The position numbers were made by a program, and so were the translations under genes. 64,000 bases of DNA, taken from contig NC_135895.1 of NCBI RefSeq assembly GCF_964194155.1, positions 82,708,001 to 82,772,000 on the forward strand, given 5' to 3'. Of the stretch, positions 38,282-51,234 are shown piece after piece. Source of the DNA: Cetorhinus maximus. Taxonomy: Eukaryota. The notes beneath the pieces were generated by a model, which had not been told where the DNA came from, did not search any database, and saw only the letters and a list, made by a program, of their open reading frames with translations. Numbering within the stretch: position 1 is the stretch's first letter; every line of letters begins with the position of its first letter.

Positions 38282-38961
38282 GGGCAAAATTCTTACCTCA
38301 ATGGGTGGGCGGGCACCCGTCCGAAACGGGGCCCACCGCCATTTTGAGTGGGTGGGCCAATTAAGGCCCATCCAGTGGCCTGACCAACAGAAAGCACTAT
38401 GCTTCCTGTGCTGGGGGAGGGGTGGAGGGAATCCCCATCTGTCAAAGTGCGCTCTTTTGCGCATGCGCGTGAAAGAGCGCACTGCTCCCTGAGGCAAAGT
38501 CCTGTCTCAGGGAGATTCGTGAGAGGTAAGTAAACTCTAAAAAATAGATAAATATTAAAATTATTAACATGTCCCCCTCATGTGACAATGTCACACGAGA
38601 TGGGACATGTTAATAACAAACACATAAAATTTATTAAAGTTTTAAAAAACTGACATGAAACTTCATCCCGCCAGTGGATGAAGTTTCATTAATAATCTGC
38701 AGCCTGCTGGGGCTCCTGGCCTGCCCGCCAGCCTTAAGGTTGGCCGGGCAGGGTGTTTAATAATGTTAATTAGCCTGTCAATGGCCTTAACTGGCCATTG
38801 ACAGGTCGGCGGGTAGACAGCTGATTTCGCTGTCCGCCCACCTTCATGAACATTTAAAAGGACCGGGATGACATCAGGGGTTCCTCCCGACATCATCCCG
38901 CGTCATTTTCCCCTCGGCGAGTGGGCCCCGATCCCAAATCGCCGAGGGGAAAATCCTGGCC
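38282..38961. mobile_element. GC-rich MITE (PIF/Harbinger-like) with 3-bp TSD AAT
   Basis: aat|GGGCAAAATTCTT...AAAATCCTGGCC|aat; two internal palindromes. Confidence 0.75.
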
Positions 38962-39014
38962 AATATAAAAGTTTGCATATAAAGACTCAAAATGAACTTG
39001 CAATATCAGTATTC

Positions 39015-39820
39015 AACAACAACTTAGTTATTTTTTACATGATTAAATGTCTCAAGGCTCTTCACAGGGGCATTACGAAACAAATTATGACATTGAGCCA
39101 CATATAGTGATATTAGGTCAGATGATACAAAGTTTAGTCAAAGAAGTAGGTTTTAAGTGTTTAGTGCAAGGTTTCAATGAGTGTCTTAAAGGAAGAAAGT
39201 GAGACAGAGAGGTAGAGCGGGAGGGAATTCCAGAGCTTGGGGTTTAGGCAAGTGAAGGCATCGCCATCAATAGTGGAGTAATTATAATTGGGAATGGGCA
39301 AAAGGCCAGAATTAGAGGAGTGCAGATGACTTGGAGGGTTATAGGCTGGAGGAGATTACAAATAAGAAGGGGCAAGGCCATAGGGGGATTTGATTTAAAA
39401 GGAGGATGAGAATTTTAAAGTCAAGATGTTGCTTGACTGGGAGTCAATGTAGGTCAACAGCACAGAGGTAACTGGGAAACAGGACTTGCTGCATGTTAAA
39501 ACAGGCAGCAAAGTTTTGAATGATCAGCCAGGAGTGCGTTGGAATAGTTGACTCTTGAGGTAACAAAGGCATGAATAACAGCAGCAGATGAGCCGAGACA
39601 GGGATGAAGTCGGGCGGTGTGACAGAGGTGGAAATAGGTGTTCTGAGTGATGGCATGAATGAGGTTGGAAGCTCATCTTGGGATCAAATATGACACCAAG
39701 GTTGTGAACAGACTCACTTAATCTCAGACTATTTCCAGAGAGAGGGATGGAGTTGGTAGTTCGGGAACAGAAATTGCAGCGGGGATTGAAAACAATGGCT
39801 TTTGTGTTCCCAATATTTAT
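39015..39820 (-). mobile_element. L2-type LINE 3' fragment
   Basis: Colinear with 7680-8545. Confidence 0.8.
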
Positions 39821-40239
39821 TCTATAAATCTAGAAAGAGGTGAACAAGAACAGCACTGATCTCTGAAGAAGAAGCATGTCAAATTTCACTATCTGTCATG
39901 GTGGGATTCGAACCCTGGTCCCTAGAGCATTACCCTTGGTTGCCATACAATTTAACTTATAAACATATAATACAAGGGACATGCACTTTTCCTTCCTTTC
40001 ATTTAACTGGATCAGACTTCAATTAAAAGAGATCATCAAACTCAACACACTCATCAGTTGACTGTAACAGTGGTTGGAATGCTCCCCTGAGACGTGTTTG
40101 GTGGCAGGGGAGCATTTAATCAGGTGGGAGGGTGAGTGGTGGGGACTCCTCTGCCTTCCTGCCTCTGCCAAATTGAGTCCATGGTGGGAAGGCCTGGACA
40201 GCTTTCCTGCCCTGTTGATAACTTTTCAAAAATTTTAAA

Positions 40240-40617
40240 AATTCATTCATGGGATGGGGGCATTGCTGGCTAGGCCAGCATTTATTGCACATCCCTAATT
40301 GCCATTGAGAACTGAGTGGCTTGCTAGGCCATTTCAGAGGGCACTTATGAGTCTACCACATTGCTGTGGGTCTGGAGTCACACGTAGGCCAGACCAGGTA
40401 AGGACAGCAGATTTCCTTCCATAAAGGACATTAGTGAACCAGATGGGTTTTTACGACAATTGACAATGGTTTCATGGCCATCATTTGATCATCAGATTTT
40501 TTATTGAATTCAAATTTCACTATCTGCCATGGTGGGATTTGAACCCTGGTCCCTAGAGCATTACCCTTGGGTCTCTGGATTACTAGTCCAGTATACCACT
40601 ATGCTACCGTCCTCCCT
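40240..40617 (-). mobile_element. tRNA-derived SINE inside a GC-rich MITE-like remnant (about 40070-41020)
   Basis: Full-length reverse copy of the SINE family; GC-rich flanks resemble the MITE arms elsewhere in the window. Confidence 0.8.
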
Positions 40618-43600
40618 GCATGAGACCCTTAAGTGGGCATTAGGCCTCATCTCACCACCACTGGTATCCATTGAGAATGGGTAGTGGACTTGCCATGTGG
40701 AAAGTTCAAAAACTGGCTTCCAAGGGATGGGCATGGGGGCTCCTCGTTCAAAGTGCCCGATCGAGGGACCTGGCATTGGAAAGGGAAGAGCCCACAGAAA
40801 ACCGCCCTCCTGCCCTAGCTGCTGGCACCCCTCCCCTCACGACCTCCACCCGTGATTCCCCCTCCCATCATCACTCCCCTATGGTCTGGTTACCTTGGCG
40901 ATCCTGGAACTCAAGTGGGTGCATTAGTGGCACCAGTCAGTGCCTCCCCAGTGGTGCTGCTGAGTAATGAACAGTTGCCAGGCTCTATTTGGCTGGCAGC
41001 TTTCAGCAGGTGGGTCTTCCTCAGGTGAGCTAAAACATCCCATTCACAGACATATTCCAATGAATTATGGTGGACATCTTCCATTTTTTCCCCTTCTATT
41101 AAGAAAAGTTATGGCGGGTCGAGGGTAACAGTCTAGGTCAATAGAGTTGAGAAGATAATGTGAATCAAATTATGGGCTGCAATATAAACTTGTGTTCTAA
41201 GGCTTTCATATTCTAAAAGGAAAGGAAAAGGCAAGAAAGTTAAGTAATTCACAGGTCTGAGTTCCTTGGAAAGAACTGAGTTACAATGGGACACAGAACA
41301 TTGAGTCGCCATAGTGAGGCTGGAAAAATTCGAAAAAGGGTATTGGGCAATACATGTGGAACTTGGGTGGAATATTGAGAACATCAATGATTATGATAGC
41401 AATGATAAAACACAGAGACTCTAGAAGGGTTGTGTTCAAAATTTACTATCAATAAAATACACATCATATTCCATTTTAAACAGACGGTACATTGCAGATT
41501 ATAATACCCATGGGATTCAGTGAAAAGTCAGTGCTATCCCTCCTCAAAATATAAGGGTAGGGTTGTTTGTTGAAGCTCATTTGTCTTAGATGTACAAGGA
41601 GAACTGGAGTAATTTGCCATTGTTTTGTAAATTCAACCAGGAACAGAAACATTCCAGCAAGCACCAAGACTAAAGTTGTCATTTAAAATGATCTTTTTAA
41701 AGTGACCAAATTTCACAAACAAATGGCTGGGTACTTAAATTCAACTCAGCATTTATCATGGATTAAACAGGAAATGCAGGCCAGTGAAATATGTGCTGAA
41801 CTGAAAGTAAAAATACTGCCAGAATGACATTTCGCTTAATTGCATTTTACAAGGTGCTGAAGCCATTAGCGACTGACAGCACATAGGTAACATCCTGCGT
41901 ACATGTGAAGGCACTGACCATGAAAACAACCAAAGCTGACAGAAATTCCTCTACATTACCATGGGTCAGATAGATCTAACTGGACTGTGGCATGACATGC
42001 AAGTCTGAGCAGACTCCACCAGGTTTAAATTTCTGTCAACATTAAAGTATAACCAGAAGGATCAGCATGCCAAGAAAAGCACAGGGAAAGGCTTTGTTGG
42101 TTTCACTCTTCTTTTTGATGTGCTTGATGTGTATAGGAAAAGCATCTGGAAAATGGGGGGAAACATCTGGGAAAATGGAGGGAAAACATAAAAGAATGAA
42201 GTGTGGTCTGTGGAAACCATCAGATAACGAGAGCAGTGCTGACAGTTACCAAATAAAAGGTCTCGACTGCTCAGTGTGTCAATTCAGCATTAAAAGGCCA
42301 CATGCTGTTAAGTGCTATGAAGTGGCAGAGATGGGTGCAGGCTGCTCCATGTAAAGCAGAGGAGACATCTGTCAGTGAGATTGCTTGCAATCTTTACTAC
42401 ATCTGGAAGCTCTTTTACAAGGATCAACATGAGACTCTCACTATCAAGTAGCAGATCTATAATAAAAATTCAATTTAGTTAATATGCAAAATGATAAGAG
42501 ATTCCCTTACACAGCAGTGATCAAAGATAACCAAACAATTTTGGAGATTAGCTTTATGAGCACACCGTACAACATAAGACCAATGACTGAGTTCCCAAAC
42601 ACAACAGACTGCTCAAGGAGATACCAAATATTGCTTGCCCATCACTCCTGTCCTCGCTCAGCTACGTTGGCTCCCGGTCCCCCACAAAGAAAGAGCTAAA
42701 TATAATCTCTCTCAAAAGGAGAGTAATATTCTCTTGTGCAATGCCTCTTGATGAAAGGCTCACAAGGGAACTGTCTGAGATCTACATGCAGGTCATTCCC
42801 AATTTTCTCCCTCTGACATGTAGTGAAGTATATTTCCAGCATCCGCAGTAGTTTTTTGTTGTTTATATTTCCAGGGGTGCTGGCAACTCCAAGCCCAGAA
42901 AATGACTGACGTTGGGGTTGTTCACCTGAGTCTCTTGACTTGACCCCCACACATATATATTCCCTTAATTTTTGGCAGTTATTAATCTATGATTAGGAGC
43001 AGGAACCCTCATTGATTTTTTTTCTCATCCATCCAGGCTAATTGCAACATGTTTATCATTGGCCTGACTAAGATCAGGTGAGGACATTAGAGAAGGCAAA
43101 GCTATAGATCTTGCTGATCACTACTGTCTTTTATCATGGTACAAGATACTCTTATCTCACCTGATCCTCTGTAGGGTGGGCATGAAACTAACTGAAAAAA
43201 GCACAGATATCAGAAATGTTGCTGCTTCGCATAAGGGTTGCAAGTACTATGGGGAATGAGCCCAACAGACCCATGACAATATTAATTTGTTTGTCCCTCT
43301 GCCTCAGTTTACAAGTCAAAACAGTGTCTTAAAAATCCACAACTGTTGTCTTCTGTAACAAGGCAGTCCGCAAATCAGCCAACCTAAACTCAGCGAATCA
43401 TTTTTTGTGTCGATCCCCACATTGTTTATGAGCAAATGGTTGATGGTGGAGACATTCTATGAGCTGCTTTGTGCGACTTCGAAATTTATAATTTGACAGA
43501 AATGTGAAGGATGCATCCCAAATCCGTGTATTACATGATTTCTCAGAATAGACAGAAGTGCTGAAAAAAATAATCAATATTTAATGTGCTCTCAACATAG

Positions 43601-45929
43601 GCTGAAAGTTCATGATTATTTTCCAATACAACATGACATAGTCAGATTAGTTGGCCCCCACTCCCCTGACACCAGCTGGAGGAAGCATTTCACACTACGA
43701 CATGGTACCCCTGGTTATACTGGGCCCGTGTTATCTTGTCCATCGGACATCCTTAACAATGAACAGAGGTATTAGACAATTGGGGGAATCAAACCCTGCC
43801 TGATTCTTGTGCACTTTAAGGAGCAGAAAACCTTGAACTATTTTACCTCAGACCAGGGAAGCTGAGGTTAACCATCCTGCTCCCATTACTTTTAAACTAA
43901 GAACTGATTAGGGAGTTTTCCATAGAACGTGCAGTTCAACACAGGAAATGATTGCTGTTTTACGGTAGCTTGCAGAACAAACACGAGCTACAAACATCAT
44001 GGCAAAATAAATCATCCAAGTTTATGTCTGCCAAAGACAGTCAGAAATAAAGATAAAGGAGGAGAACAAAGAGGAAAGAGAGAGAGGAATTGAGATCGAG
44101 AGAGACAGAGTTTGAGAGAAAGAGATAGGTACTGAGTTATCATATTTTCCAATGCTGACAAACTGCTTTCCTTCTTTATCAAATGCAGGATGCACTTGAA
44201 ACTCTGCCTAACTAAAAATATTACCACCTTTCAATTCTTATATTTCGACATTTGCCTCCAATAAATCTATCACATGATTTCAGAACGCTAGTGCAATTTA
44301 AAAAAATACTTTTCCGAGCAATTGTTTTTTCTCTTTCCTCTCCATCTCGCTTCAAGACACTGATTTCTGCAAGTTACAATTTCATGAGAACCAGTCGCCC
44401 TTTTGGCATCTCACCTAAACATCCATTATTTGTCTGTGAGCAGCATCACAGGGAAGAGTGAATACTGTTCTCAACAAGCGCAGAAACGGGAGTACGTCAT
44501 TCAGTCCTCCAACCACACTTTCCCCGATTCAATTAGATCATGGTTGAGGGTTGTCCATTTACCCACCTTGTTTCCACATCTCTTAACATCCTTTGTAACA
44601 ATCTGTTGATCACAGCTTTGAAATTTTCAATTGACCTCAAGCCTCCAGCTTTCTGGGGCTAGAGTTCCCAATTTCTACTACTGTGTGTGAAAAAATGCTT
44701 CCTGGCATCATGCCTGAACAGCTTAGTTTTAATTTTAATGTTTTGCCCCATTGTTCTGGTCTCTCCCAACACATCATCCCTTCATCCTCAATCTGTCATA
44801 CATCTTCATTGCCTTCAGCTATTAACACCCTAAGCTTTGGAATTCCCTTTCTAAACCTATTTTTCACTCTTCCTTGAAGTTGCTCCTTAAAGCCCATCTC
44901 TGATGAATCTTTTGGTCACTTCTCCTCATGTTTCTTTGAGGTTTGCCATCAAATTTTGTTTGATATTGCTCCTGTGAAACAGTTTGGGACATATTACCAC
45001 TTAAAGGCATTATATAAATGCACCGAGTCATTGTTATATTCAAGGGAATACAAGCCTAGACATCAGCACATGTACACTTGCAACCAAACAAAAATCAGCA
45101 GTGGTAGTTGATATTTTTTCTCTTCCTAGCCCAGCACACTGCAAATTGGAATAGGCTAACTTAGAATGCAAGCATAAATTCAACAATGATCAGCTTTCTC
45201 TCAGGGAATTAAGGGATATGGGGAGCAGGCAGGAAAACGGAGTTGATGCCCAAGGTTGGCCGTGATCATACTGAATAATGGAAAGGCTCGATGGGCCACA
45301 TGGTCTACTCTTGCTCCTATTTCTTGTGTTCCTGTTGGAAAGGCAGGCCAATAAATTGAGCTTATAGTTTATATTTGTTTTCTGATAGATGGGACAGTAA
45401 TCTGCCTGTCTAAAATTTTTTACTGTGAAGAGAATATTACCAGGGAGAGTTGGGTTGACAGAGCTCAGGAAAACAGCAAGAAACTAATACAGGATGGAAA
45501 TTTTCTGAAATGTTGTCACAATGCCAAACGATCTACCAGGCAGAACAACATAACATACGAATAGTCACAATTCAATCTAGATAAAGGATGAATTTTGAGA
45601 TGTTCAAAATCTCATGACTGTATGCTGAACACACAATGTATTTTTCTAACATTTATGGAATTTATAGCTTAATGCTATCCTTATGATGTTGCCTTTGACA
45701 ATAAATAGAACATTGCCTCTAGGAGTTAAACTGTTGACATTAATGAAATATGTTAAGGTGTTCCTTTCACTGAACAAATCATTTCATGGCCTCTCAAGGT
45801 GATTTCACTATTGCCCTATGAGAGCAGGCAGTACTTAGTAGAAAAAATGCCATGTAATAGAGACGTTTTAATAAGCAGCACAATTTGCTGTGAAGCATTT
45901 GTTGAAGCAATGACACTTGAACAGCAATG

Positions 45930-46492
45930 AAACTAAGAATCATTTGGTAGGGAGAAAGAGGAAAAGGAGGCAAAGTAAGAGAGGCACCAGCAGAAGCAGT
46001 CAGAAAGAGAGAGGCACAGACACACAAACATGGCCAATGAAGCAGAGCAAGAGAGAAGGAGCACAGAAGCAAAAAGATAGATGGGGAGCAAAAATGATGA
46101 ATGAGGGGGAGGCAGAGCCAGGGAGAGAAAACAAAGGTAGAGTCATGGAGAAAATGAGGCAAAAGCAATGCTATAACAAAATGCCATCTATTTATCTACC
46201 TAAAAAAGCAATAAAAGGGAGAGGAATAAAGAGAGAGAATAAGAGAGGCAGAGGCAAAACAAGCAAGAGAGAGTAGGAAATGAGACAAAACAAGAGAAAG
46301 GAAGAGCAAAATCAGAGAACAAAAAGATGGAGGCAGAGTGAGAAAGAGAGAACTATATGAAACCCAAAAGCAAAGTAGAACAGAAAGAGGGAGGAAAAAG
46401 AAGAAAAATGGAAAAAGGAGACAGGCAGAGGCAGGGAGGGAGAAATGCAGAAACAGAAAAGCTGAGTGAGCAACAGAGAGACAATGTGAGAG
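45930..46492. repeat. GA-rich low-complexity tract
   Basis: About 560 bp of almost only A/G on the plus strand. Confidence 0.85.
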
Positions 46493-47102
46493 ATAAGTTT
46501 CACTTCTGAATGTTGAAGCCTAGTCAAAAGAATTCTCCATGACTTGCACTGGCTTTACTGTGATTGAGGCAAGGCAAGGTGAACAATGGTGCAGGATCCT
46601 CTCATTTCCTGTTGTGCACTGGACTATAACCAACCAGATTTATCAAACTGAGGCAAATGAGGTTGAATGACAGTTCTAACTGTGCTGGTGCAATACTGTA
46701 CAGAATCTTTTTCAACAGCTGACCTCAGATATTGTTCACGGGAAAGCATGACAAGCTAACCGGTAGATTAATGATACGCAAGTGTGAATTCTTGTCACAA
46801 ACAAAACAGGATTTATTCCAGCTACAAGAAAAATCATTTCAGCAAAGTGGTATTTTTAGCTGAAATGAATGGCAATCCATGCTGCGACTAACTCATGCGC
46901 AGAGAATCCTGTGTGACACACTTACAAATTTATACTCATCCCAGTGCTTTTCAGAGACCCACCACCTTGTGTGAATTTTGAGTGCTTTGTCAAAAAATAG
47001 CAAGATAAAAGAAAGATACAGCTATGTGGACAATTGTGCCCATGTACGACCTTTGTTTCCCTTGCATAAGTTTCTTGATTCCCACTGTACCTTTCACTTT
47101 AC

Positions 47103-47194
47103 CAGTCAGTCTTTCTTTTTTAGAATTTTTTGGTGTGAATTCATGATTGCAGTGAGGAAGTTCAGTAGTAGGAAACGGAGCAGTGACAGCATGG
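47103..47194 (-). CDS. Internal coding exon (92 nt, phase 2 in / phase 1 out) of an unidentified host gene: xHAVTAPFPTTELPHCNHEFTPKNSKKERLT
   Basis: Minus strand reads ctttattttgtttcag|CCATGCT...CTGACTG|gtaaag, with canonical acceptor and donor. The frame is open, and the trailing G joins both downstream candidate exons in frame. Confidence 0.78.
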
Positions 47195-48145
47195 CTGAAA
47201 CAAAATAAAGCTCCATTGACTCCAAACCAACACAATGTTCAATAGCCCTCACCTGAAAAGAGAGCTTCATATTACACTGAGAATTTTCCCATTTTACTGA
47301 TCTTGTGGCTTCTATAAGAAAGGCTGCGAAATATAGTGCTGTATGATGGGCTGCTGGAGATGTGGACTCAGTGTCTGTATGCACTAGGATCTGAGCTCAG
47401 ACTGAGTACGCTGATTGCATGGAGAGCCCTTTCTTATAGTCACACTCGATTCAAGCCCAGGCCTTAGCCCTCAAAAGACAATGCCATCCTTCAGCCACCT
47501 GGTCTGAGGGAGCTTTAAGTCAAATCTAAGGTAAGGGGAACTGGCGCTTCTGTGAAGCACCTTGGGACATTTTACTATGTTCAAGGTACAAGCTGTCATT
47601 TTTGTTGAAATACACTGTCGACTGATGGACATAACCATGGCAAAATCAACAACTTGTTTAAAAAATGGAAAAGCATCCAAGACTTTGTCGCTGGTTGCAA
47701 TTTGAAAATTGCTGGAAATTCAAAAAGGTTAACTTCCCAATCTGCACAGGATACAATTGGAAAGCATCGTATGTTTTGGTCAGCCACAGATTAAGAAATG
47801 CCATTTGGATTTCCCAGCAGATTTAACACATCTTGCATTGGCACAAAGCCTGTATTTGTATTTGAAGAACCACTCTAATAGTAGTCGGCTTGCTTTCAAA
47901 GCACTAACTAATTCCAATCTATCACTGATTGCTTATTAAGGTGCTCAGGGATCCAACTAGGTTGCTATACTTTGCAAGTCTTTCTTGGGCCCCTCACACA
48001 ACACATTACTTCTACCCATTGGGCTGTCAGGGAAACAGTATAGAAATAATTCAACAACTAGTACAGGATACCATAGAGTAAAAGACCTGAAGTATAACCA
48101 CTGAATGCAGTGAAGCACTTAATTTGAAAGGAAGACAGTGGTAAG

Positions 48146-48512
48146 AGGGAGACAGTGGTGTAGTGGTAATATCACTGGACTAATAATCCAGAGCACCAGG
48201 CGAATGCATTGTGGATATGGGTTCAAATCCCGCCACGGCAGCTGGTGGAATTTAAATCCAATTAATAAATCTAGAATTATAAAGCTCATCTCAGTCATGA
48301 TGACTCTGAAACCATCATCAATTGTCATAAAAACTCATCTGGTTCGCTAATGTCCTTTAGGGAAGGAAATCTACTGTCCTTACCTGGTCTACATGTGACT
48401 CCAGACCCAAAGCAGTGTGCCTGAAATGGCCAGCAAACCATTCACTGCAAGGGCAATTAGGGATGGGTAACAAATGCTGCCTTTGGCAGTAATGCCCACA
48501 TCCCATGAAGGA
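48146..48512 (+). mobile_element. tRNA-derived SINE
   Basis: gggagacagtggtgtagtggtaat...gggttcaaatccc head and family tail. Confidence 0.85.
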
Positions 48513-48609
48513 ATATTTTTTTTTTAATTGCAGAAGAGGGATGTGTTCATAAACTGCAGAGGAGAATTGCTGAAAACTAGCTATGTTTCGCATAGATTTT
48601 TAAAAATGT

Positions 48610-49970
48610 CTTCTTTCACAGGATGTGGCTGTCGCTGTCGAGGCCAGCATTTATTGTCCATCCCTAACTACCCTTGAAAATGTGGTGGTGAGCTGCCTTC
48701 TTGAACGACTGCAGTCCACGTGGTGTAAATACACCCATGGTGCTGTCTGGAGGGAGTTCCAGGATTTTGACCGGGAAATAGTGAACAAACAGCCAGAAAG
48801 TTCCAATTGAGGATGGTGTGTAGCTTGGAGGGGAACTTGCAGGTGGTGGTGTTCCCATGCATCTGTGGCCTTTGTCCTTCTAGGTGGTAGAGGTTGCAGG
48901 TTTGGAAAGTGCTGTTGAAGGTGTCTTGGTGAACTGCTGCAGTGCATCTTGTAGGTGATACACACTTTTGCTGGTGGTAGAGGGAGTGAATATTTGAGGT
49001 GGTGGATGGGGTGTCAATCAAGTGGGTTCCTTTGTTCTGGATGGTGTTAAGCTTTCTGAATGTTTTTGCAGCTGTATTTATCCAGGCTAGTGGAGAGTAT
49101 TCCATCACACTTCTGACTTGTAAATGGTGGACAGGCTTTGGGGAGCTAATTCTCAGTCTCTGATCTTGCAGCCACAGTATTTATATGGCTGGTCTTGTTC
49201 AGTTTCTGATCAATGGTAACACCAAGGAAGTTGATAGTGGAAGATTAAGTGATGGTAATGCCATTGACTGTCATGGGGAGATGGTTAGATTCTCTCTTGT
49301 TGGAGATGGTCATTGTCTGGCACTTATGTGGCCCAAATGTTACTTGCCACTTATCATGGCTGGAGTTGTTTATTTTGTTGCTAATGGAAGTTTACTGCAG
49401 GTAGGCTTTGTGGAGTGAAATTGCCACGGCAGGAGTGCGTAATGGGCTCATAGTGAATCAGTTCAAACATTCACTCCCTCTACCGCTGATGCACAAGCCT
49501 GTATGTTGTCCAGGTCTTGCTGCATATAGACTACTCCATTATCTGAGAAATCACAAATGGTGAACATTGTGCAACCATCAGCCAACATCCCCATTTCTGA
49601 CCTTACAATTGAAGGAAGGTAATTGGTGAAGCAGCTGAAGATAGCTGGGCCTCGGACACTACCCTGAGGAACTCCTGCAGTGATGTTCTGGGACCAAGAT
49701 GATTGACCTCCAACAACCACAGCCATTTTCCTTTGTACTAGGTATGACTCCAACCAGTGAAGACTTCTCCCCCGATTCCCATTGACTTCAGTTTTGCTAG
49801 GGCTCCTTGATGCTACACTTGGTCAAATGCGGCCTTTATGTCAAGGGCAGTCACTTTCACCTCACCTCTGCAGTTTAGCTCTTTTGTCCATGTTTGAACC
49901 AAGGCTGTAATGAGGTCAGGAACCAAGTGGCTAGGGCAGAGCCCAAATTGAGCATCAATAAGCAGGTTAT
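48610..49970 (-). mobile_element. LINE RT and 3' end (CR1/L2-group family sharing its tail with the SINEs)
   Basis: ALDIKAAFDQV, AGVPQGSV, MLADGCT, MEYSPLAW, SKSWNSL motifs. Confidence 0.88.
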
Positions 49971-51234
49971 TAATGACACATTTTTCAAATTTAACAGTCC
50001 ACCCCATAAGAAATCATCAACATGCATCATGAAGATGCCTGCAAATTTCCCTTTTTGGTACCACTATAACATTGTGGGATCTGCTTTTAATTGAACACAG
50101 CCTACTTCCAGCAAAATAGGTCTCACTGCAAAATGCCACATAACTGTGACACAACTTTAAGAGGCCAGAAGTCAAAGACTGAATGGTTGATAATTGTATC
50201 TGTGTTTTCTTGATCAGCAAGTCTGAACACTACTGATTGCTGCTTCTCACTAAAATATATTTTCAATATTTACTGCGCAACACAACTTTATCACAATATT
50301 TCAACATCTCAAAAATCTCAAAAACACCAATATAGAATGGGGTAATAATTAAGTGGACAAAAGGACAAGATTGAAGTCAATGGAAAAGACTCTTGGGAAT
50401 CATGTGCAGTGTAAAGCAGGTTACTGATTCACTCTGAGCCCATTATGCACTCCTGTCCTGGCAATTTCACCCCACAAAGCCTGCTCTCAGTAAACTTCCA
50501 TGAGCAACAAAATAAACAAAACTCCGGCCATGATTCCACCCTCTGTTCACAAGATAATTATGGATGACAAATGCCATCTAACCCAGCTCATCTCATCCAT
50601 CCAGAATGACATATGTATTAGGAGCAGGAGTAAGCCATTCGGCCCCTAAAGCCTACTCCGCCATTTGATAACATTGCTTGCGTGAGACAGTAACTACAAT
50701 TCAAAAACATTTAATTGGCTGTATTTTAATTTAAAAGTGGTTTGAGACATTGTGAAAGGTACTGTATTAGATGTAGGTTTTGTCTTTCTTATATTATATC
50801 TGCACACAGTAGGCAAAGTTGAAATGGTAAAACTGGAGGCTCAATGCTATTTTGCTTAGGATAATTAATCACAGAGCAATCGACTGGTGTTAGGAAAGTG
50901 GCTACAAAGAAATCACTAATTTTACATAACAACTCAAATCTAGTAGCTAATACCACCTTACCATTCTGACTTCTCTGGCGCCAACATTCAATTTACCATT
51001 GGTGGCATCTGCTCCTTTTATGCTAGTGACACTATCCCCAGGATTTGCCAATCAGACAGCACCTTAGGAAAAACTTACAGTAGACTGAATGGCTGATCTA
51101 AATTTTCAGAGAAGAATAATACAAGGTACATAAATTCAGTGTGGCCTTAACTCAAGAACTGGATTGTTTCCCCTTACCTGAAAAATTGGTATACAAATTG
51201 TGTTGTGCACTGTGAATTTCCAGCCTAAATTTCC

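Noticed and set aside
45794-46527. Basic and hydrophobic ORFs on both strands
   Set aside because: By-products of the GA-rich low-complexity tract.
48146-48240. tRNA-like sequence (also at 32176, 57631, 40540 and 12960)
   Set aside because: These are SINE heads with A/B boxes, not complete cloverleaf tRNA genes.
51173-51187. tttttcag|gtaag on the minus strand (recursive splice site or exon end)
   Set aside because: Short pyrimidine tract, next to a CR1 edge, and no convincing coding exon; expected by chance.
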